From NCBI GenBank assembly GCA_963674595.2, contig CAXXFV010000019.1, positions 14,189 to 78,188 on the forward strand: DNA of 64,000 nt, in the 5' to 3' direction. This DNA comes from a bacterium. Lineage in GTDB: Bacteria > Zhuqueibacterota > Zhuqueibacteria > Residuimicrobiales > Krinioviventaceae. Below, in pieces: positions 59,828-64,000 of the stretch. Below the pieces are notes generated by a model. It ran no database searches and had not been told where the DNA came from. It saw only the letters and a program-made list of their open reading frames with translations. Made by a program: the position numbers and the translations under genes. Numbering within the stretch: position 1 is the stretch's first letter; the number at the start of each line of letters is the position of its first letter.

Positions 59828-61431
59828 AATTTTACCTGCTCTAGTATTCGCTGCATATTTCTACCTAATATATTTCGCTTATCTTCTTCAGAAATATCCG
59901 CATAGGCAAGCCATCCGAATTGGGGAAATGGATCACGCATCGGGGCGTCTGAACCGTAAAGCACACGTTCAGAACCTACTTCGCGCACCATATATTCAAT
60001 CGATCCGTTTAAAACAGCCGTAAAGGTGATTTCACAATAAACATTAGCATATTTTTTTGCCAAACGAACATGACGCCGTGCTACTTCCCAGCTTGTTCCG
60101 GAATGGGCCAGAAAAAATTTAATATTTGGGAAACGTTCGGCAATATCACTCACTTCTGCTTCAAAATTATTGGAATAATGCAGCAGACAAAACAAATTTC
60201 TCTTATTTGCATATTCATACCAGGGGTCGAATAATTTATCATTATAGGGAATTCCCATTCGCGGGAAATAGGGTTTCATACCGGGGAACCCACACTCTTC
60301 ATGCCAATATTTGAGTTCCTTGTCCCAATCTGTTATGTAATTCGGGTCCAACACAGCGTAACCGACTATTTCATCCGGCATGTTATTTTTTGCTTCCAGA
60401 GTATCCAGGTTACCCAGCTCATAATCACCCCAAATAGCGGTCCATGAGCTGATGCAGGTTTTGTTAACACCGATTTTACGGTTTCTTTCAACAACAGACG
60501 CAGCATCCGCGTCATTCATAGCAACACGGGATGCTCCCCTGGTTCCCGCTTTGGTATTATGAGCATGCGAATCAATAACAACCATATCCGTAACAGGTTG
60601 GCGTTTTAAAGCCGTTTCTAAAATAGCATCTTTAACCGGCGGTGTTTTTTCCAAATCCGGCAGTTCCGTAACACCTAACAGTTTCATAAGGTTGCCGCCG
60701 GCTATGGCTTTTCGCTGCTCATCATTAATATCCGCATAATCAATATAAGCTCGGGCCGCACCCATACTTTTTATCATTGCTTCAGAGCCAAAGAGCAGCC
60801 GATGATGACCAATACGTTCACACCAAAACTCCAGCATACGGTTTCCCTGATAATTTGAAAACTCAAAATAGAGGTTTTCAAACTGTTCAGCCAGGGGAGT
60901 CAACGTACGGGTGGCCTCCCATCGAACGCTGTGCAAAAGCAGTTTTAATTTCGGATAATTATCACAAATCCATGAAACTTCGGGCCATTCCAGTTGGATG
61001 GCATCGCCATATCGTCCGGCGTCGGCAATCAACAAAATTCCGGCTTCCTGTACTGCATCGAGTAATGGACCCAAAGTAATTTCATCAACCGGGAATTCAA
61101 AAATCCTCGGATAAATTTTCAACGCTTTAACACCTTCATCAACCATTTGCTGGACCAATTTCCCGGGAGCAGGCATCTCTAAAGTATGATGCGGTAAAGC
61201 AACCCAGCAAGGAAACAACCGGGGATTTTCTTTACAAATTTCAGAAACAATAGGATTTCCCACCAAAGGATGTGTTTCTCTGGCCTGATGAGCATAAACA
61301 AGTGCGGCATTAACCTGACATCGCTGCATTTCAGAAAGAAGCTGTTCCGTAGTCCAGGGCGCCTCCGGGTCTTTACTACCATATCTACCAATAGCAGCAA
61401 AACAATCAAAATATTTTATGTGATCACTCAT
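59815..61431 (-). CDS. Tandem two-domain amidohydrolase-2 family protein
   Basis: Two barrels ending LLFGSEA...IAGGN and VLYGSDAP...ILGRN; second has IDSHAH and LAHSG. Confidence 0.85.
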   Translation of the reverse strand: MSDHIKYFDCFAAIGRYGSKDPEAPWTTEQLLSEMQRCQVNAALVYAHQARETHPLVGNPIVSEICKENPRLFPCWVALPHHTLEMPAPGKLVQQMVDEGVKALKIYPRIFEFPVDEITLGPLLDAVQEAGILLIADAGRYGDAIQLEWPEVSWICDNYPKLKLLLHSVRWEATRTLTPLAEQFENLYFEFSNYQGNRMLEFWCERIGHHRLLFGSEAMIKSMGAARAYIDYADINDEQRKAIAGGNLMKLLGVTELPDLEKTPPVKDAILETALKRQPVTDMVVIDSHAHNTKAGTRGASRVAMNDADAASVVERNRKIGVNKTCISSWTAIWGDYELGNLDTLEAKNNMPDEIVGYAVLDPNYITDWDKELKYWHEECGFPGMKPYFPRMGIPYNDKLFDPWYEYANKRNLFCLLHYSNNFEAEVSDIAERFPNIKFFLAHSGTSWEVARRHVRLAKKYANVYCEITFTAVLNGSIEYMVREVGSERVLYGSDAPMRDPFPQFGWLAYADISEEDKRNILGRNMQRILEQVKLKAR

Positions 61432-61455
61432 TATAATTCCAATCTATATTATAAA

Positions 61456-62656
61456 TTAACGCACCTGAATCATTGCATCGCGCATTTTTTCAAGTGTTTC
61501 ATCAATATCAGCGGTTTGATGAGAGTAGTTGATAAACCAACGGTCACTGGCAAAAACACCATTTTCAAAAAGAATATTAAAAAGTTTGTTCTTCCATTCA
61601 TTATTTTTGGCTTCATCTTTAAAATCAAATTCAATAAACGGGGCCATATCATATCCGCCTGCAATTGCGGGAGCGCCGGTTTCCTTTATTATGGATTGAA
61701 ATCCATCACGCAATCTTTTACCCATTTTATTAATATGTTCATGGACAGGTTCGTTCTGCATAATCTGCATCACCGTCTTACTGGCCGTTAGAACGAGGGC
61801 ATCTCCGGCATAGGTGGTTGTAATAACTGTTTTTTCCAACTGCTGCATAAACTCTTTTTTACCGGCATAGGCAGAAACAGCATATCCGTTTGCCATACCT
61901 TTGGCATAGGCACCCATGTCCGGTTCTACTTTGTAAAATTCCTGAGCTCCACCCAATGCAAGACGAAATCCGGTAAGCACTTCATCAAAAATCAACAAAG
62001 CTCCATATTGGTCACACAATTCCCGCATTCGTGCTAAAAATTCCTCACCGGTTTCTTTGTTCCACTGATAGGGTTCGGTAATAGCACAGGCAAGCTGGTC
62101 TCCATATTCGGCAAAAACTTTTTCCATTCCTTCAATATCACCATATCGAACATCATGAATATAACTCAGGTATGATTTCGGTACACCTGCGTTTGGCCAA
62201 TAATGACCAAACGTATCCTGGTATCCATGATAACCAACAGATAAAATATGATCACGTCCGGTATAACTTCGGGCCAGCCGCACACAACAGGTATTGGCAT
62301 CTGCACCGGTTTTCATAAAACGGACCTGGTCCGCCCATTTTACACATTTCAAAAACTCTTCAGCCGCTTCCAATTCAACTGGACTGGCCATACTAAAAAG
62401 CACACCATTTTCTATTTGTTTTTTAACAGCTTCATCAACCGGACCATAAGCATAACCAAGCGTTATCGGACCCAAAGCACAGCGATAATCAATATACTCA
62501 TTATCATCCAGGTCCCACATTCGGCACCCTTTTGCTTTTTTAATAAAAGAGGGCATTTTTTCACGTTCTTTTGGCCAACGTTTGGCATTTGTCTGGGTAG
62601 CCCAAGGGATAACTTGCAGAGCGTTTTCGTAATTATTGTTTATTTTTGGAGGTCAT
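61456..62656 (-). CDS. Class III PLP aminotransferase (glutamate-1-semialdehyde aminomutase-like) with an apparent 1-nt frameshift near the start
   Basis: WDLDDNEYIDY, KTGADA, YHG, FDEVLTGFR, AKGMANG; SD-preceded ATG 62656 is out of frame with the body. Confidence 0.8.
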
Positions 62657-62894
62657 GATCACTCCCTTTCTAATGACTAAAATGGATTATAAAGGAATAT
62701 TGGCATTATTATAAACAAATTATATAATATTAATTAAACAGAGCGAGTAAATCAAGGATTAATTTATAACATAAAATCAACCAAATAAACCCCTGCAAAA
62801 TAAAAAGCTCTTGATTTTTACTATATATCGTCTTATCTTTTCTAGTTTTCCGGTAATATTTCTTTTTTTTTAACATAACAATGAGGTACATCTT

Positions 62895-64000
62895 ATGGCC
62901 CTGATGAATCGTATGCGGGAGAATACGAAGAACATCCTTCTTATTTTGGTTTTTGCCTTTATAGCGACAATTATTTTCGATTGGGGAATGGGTGGATTTA
63001 AAGGAAAACAACCCCAGGGTGTTATTGCAAAAGTAGATGGGCAGGAAATTCTTGTAAAAGAATATAATACCCAGTTACAAAACGAACTTAAAACCTACCG
63101 TGACCAAAGCGGAAAGGACGCAGAAGGTTATATGCTTCAACGGCTACAAGACCAGGTTTTTGAAAGACTTGTACAACAGCGGCTTATGGCCAAAGTTATT
63201 AAAGATAAAAACTTGATGGCTACAAACGCTGAAGTTGTTGAAGAAATTTTCAATAACCCGCCGGAATTTTTAAGAAATAACGAAGCATTATTGGACTCTT
63301 CCGGACAGTTTAGTATTGAAAAATATCATATGGCGTTAAACAATCCATCTGCTGACTGGCGCCCGATTGAAGACTATATGCGGTCAACTCTACCCTATCA
63401 AAAACTGGATAATCTGATTCGGTCGGTAGCGGTTGCAACAGATGAAGACGCTCGTTTGGAATATTATCGTACTAAACTAAAAGCCAAAGTACGCTATTTA
63501 TTTTATGATGCTTCAAAATATGCAGATGCTGTTGCAGAACCCACAGATGAAGAAATTAAAGCATATTACGAAAAAAATAAAGATACCTACCAGGAACCCG
63601 AAAAGCGTAAAATCGATTACGTGCTTATTCCGCTTGTACCTTCAAAGGCCGATTCAGAGGCCACTCTTCATCAGGCACAGGATATTTATGAAGAAGCAGT
63701 TGAAGGTTCTGATTTTGCTGAATTGGCCCGCTTATACTCTCAGGACCCCGGAAGCGCTGAAAAAGGCGGTGATTTAGGGTACTTTAGCAAAGAGCGAATG
63801 GTAACCCCGTTTTCAGATGCCGTCTTTGCCGCAAATAAGGGAGACATTCTCGGACCAATTGAAACCCAGTTTGGTCTTCATGTAATTAAAGTCATTGATA
63901 AAAAGCGGGAAAAGGGTGAGATGCAGGTTAAGGCAAGCCATGTTTTATTAAAATATGAAGTTTCGCCGGCTACACGTGAAAAAACCAGAGATGAAGCAAC
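62895..64000 (+). CDS. PpiD/SurA-like membrane-anchored peptidyl-prolyl isomerase, runs off the right edge
   Basis: MALMNRMRENTKNILLILVFAFIATIIFDWGMG N-terminus; parvulin segment FAELARLYSQDPGSAEKGGDLGYF, ETQFGLHVIK. Confidence 0.88.
   Translation, partial: MALMNRMRENTKNILLILVFAFIATIIFDWGMGGFKGKQPQGVIAKVDGQEILVKEYNTQLQNELKTYRDQSGKDAEGYMLQRLQDQVFERLVQQRLMAKVIKDKNLMATNAEVVEEIFNNPPEFLRNNEALLDSSGQFSIEKYHMALNNPSADWRPIEDYMRSTLPYQKLDNLIRSVAVATDEDARLEYYRTKLKAKVRYLFYDASKYADAVAEPTDEEIKAYYEKNKDTYQEPEKRKIDYVLIPLVPSKADSEATLHQAQDIYEEAVEGSDFAELARLYSQDPGSAEKGGDLGYFSKERMVTPFSDAVFAANKGDILGPIETQFGLHVIKVIDKKREKGEMQVKASHVLLKYEVSPATREKTRDEA

Noticed and set aside
61456-62656. Assigning the symbol hemL
   Set aside because: N-terminus reads IPWATQTNAKR rather than the PGGVNSPVR of true HemL, and there is no heme context.
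62730-63777. ORFs 62730-63011 (-) and 63505-63777 (+)
   Set aside because: Shadow frames overlapping the PpiD-like gene starting at 62895.

Overview
AT-rich bacterial chromosomal window. Gene content (DUF4835/PorV-like outer-membrane proteins, PpiD-like chaperone, rhomboid plus amidase, GH106 enzymes) suggests an FCB-related or KSB1/Calditrichota-like lineage; this is an inference, not a search result. It carries rhamnose/glycan utilisation genes (two GH106, rhaA, an esterase), rapA, a mixed operon with homoaconitase-like LeuC/LeuD homologs, nadB, hisS, a complete Rrf2-sufBCD-sufT-ferredoxin-sufS-sufU operon, and a low-GC island with an IS1182-family and an IS3-family element. The IS3 element splits an NHL-repeat gene and has a GTAT target duplication. 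The most unusual structure is at 47.7-52.6 kb: three ~1.62-kb tandem units, each made of a sigma70 promoter, a conserved ~235-nt leader, a beta-propeller-like lipoprotein gene and mosaic REP-like palindromes. The three genes have near-identical 5' ends, variable loops and a patchwork identity pattern, consistent with a recombination-diversified surface-protein array. Other candidates are an unannotated promoter-to-hairpin unit at 3.9 kb (sRNA or leaderless 18-aa peptide), a missed 48-aa membrane protein, and two genes whose N-termini lack an in-frame canonical start codon. No rRNA, tRNA or CRISPR array was recognised.
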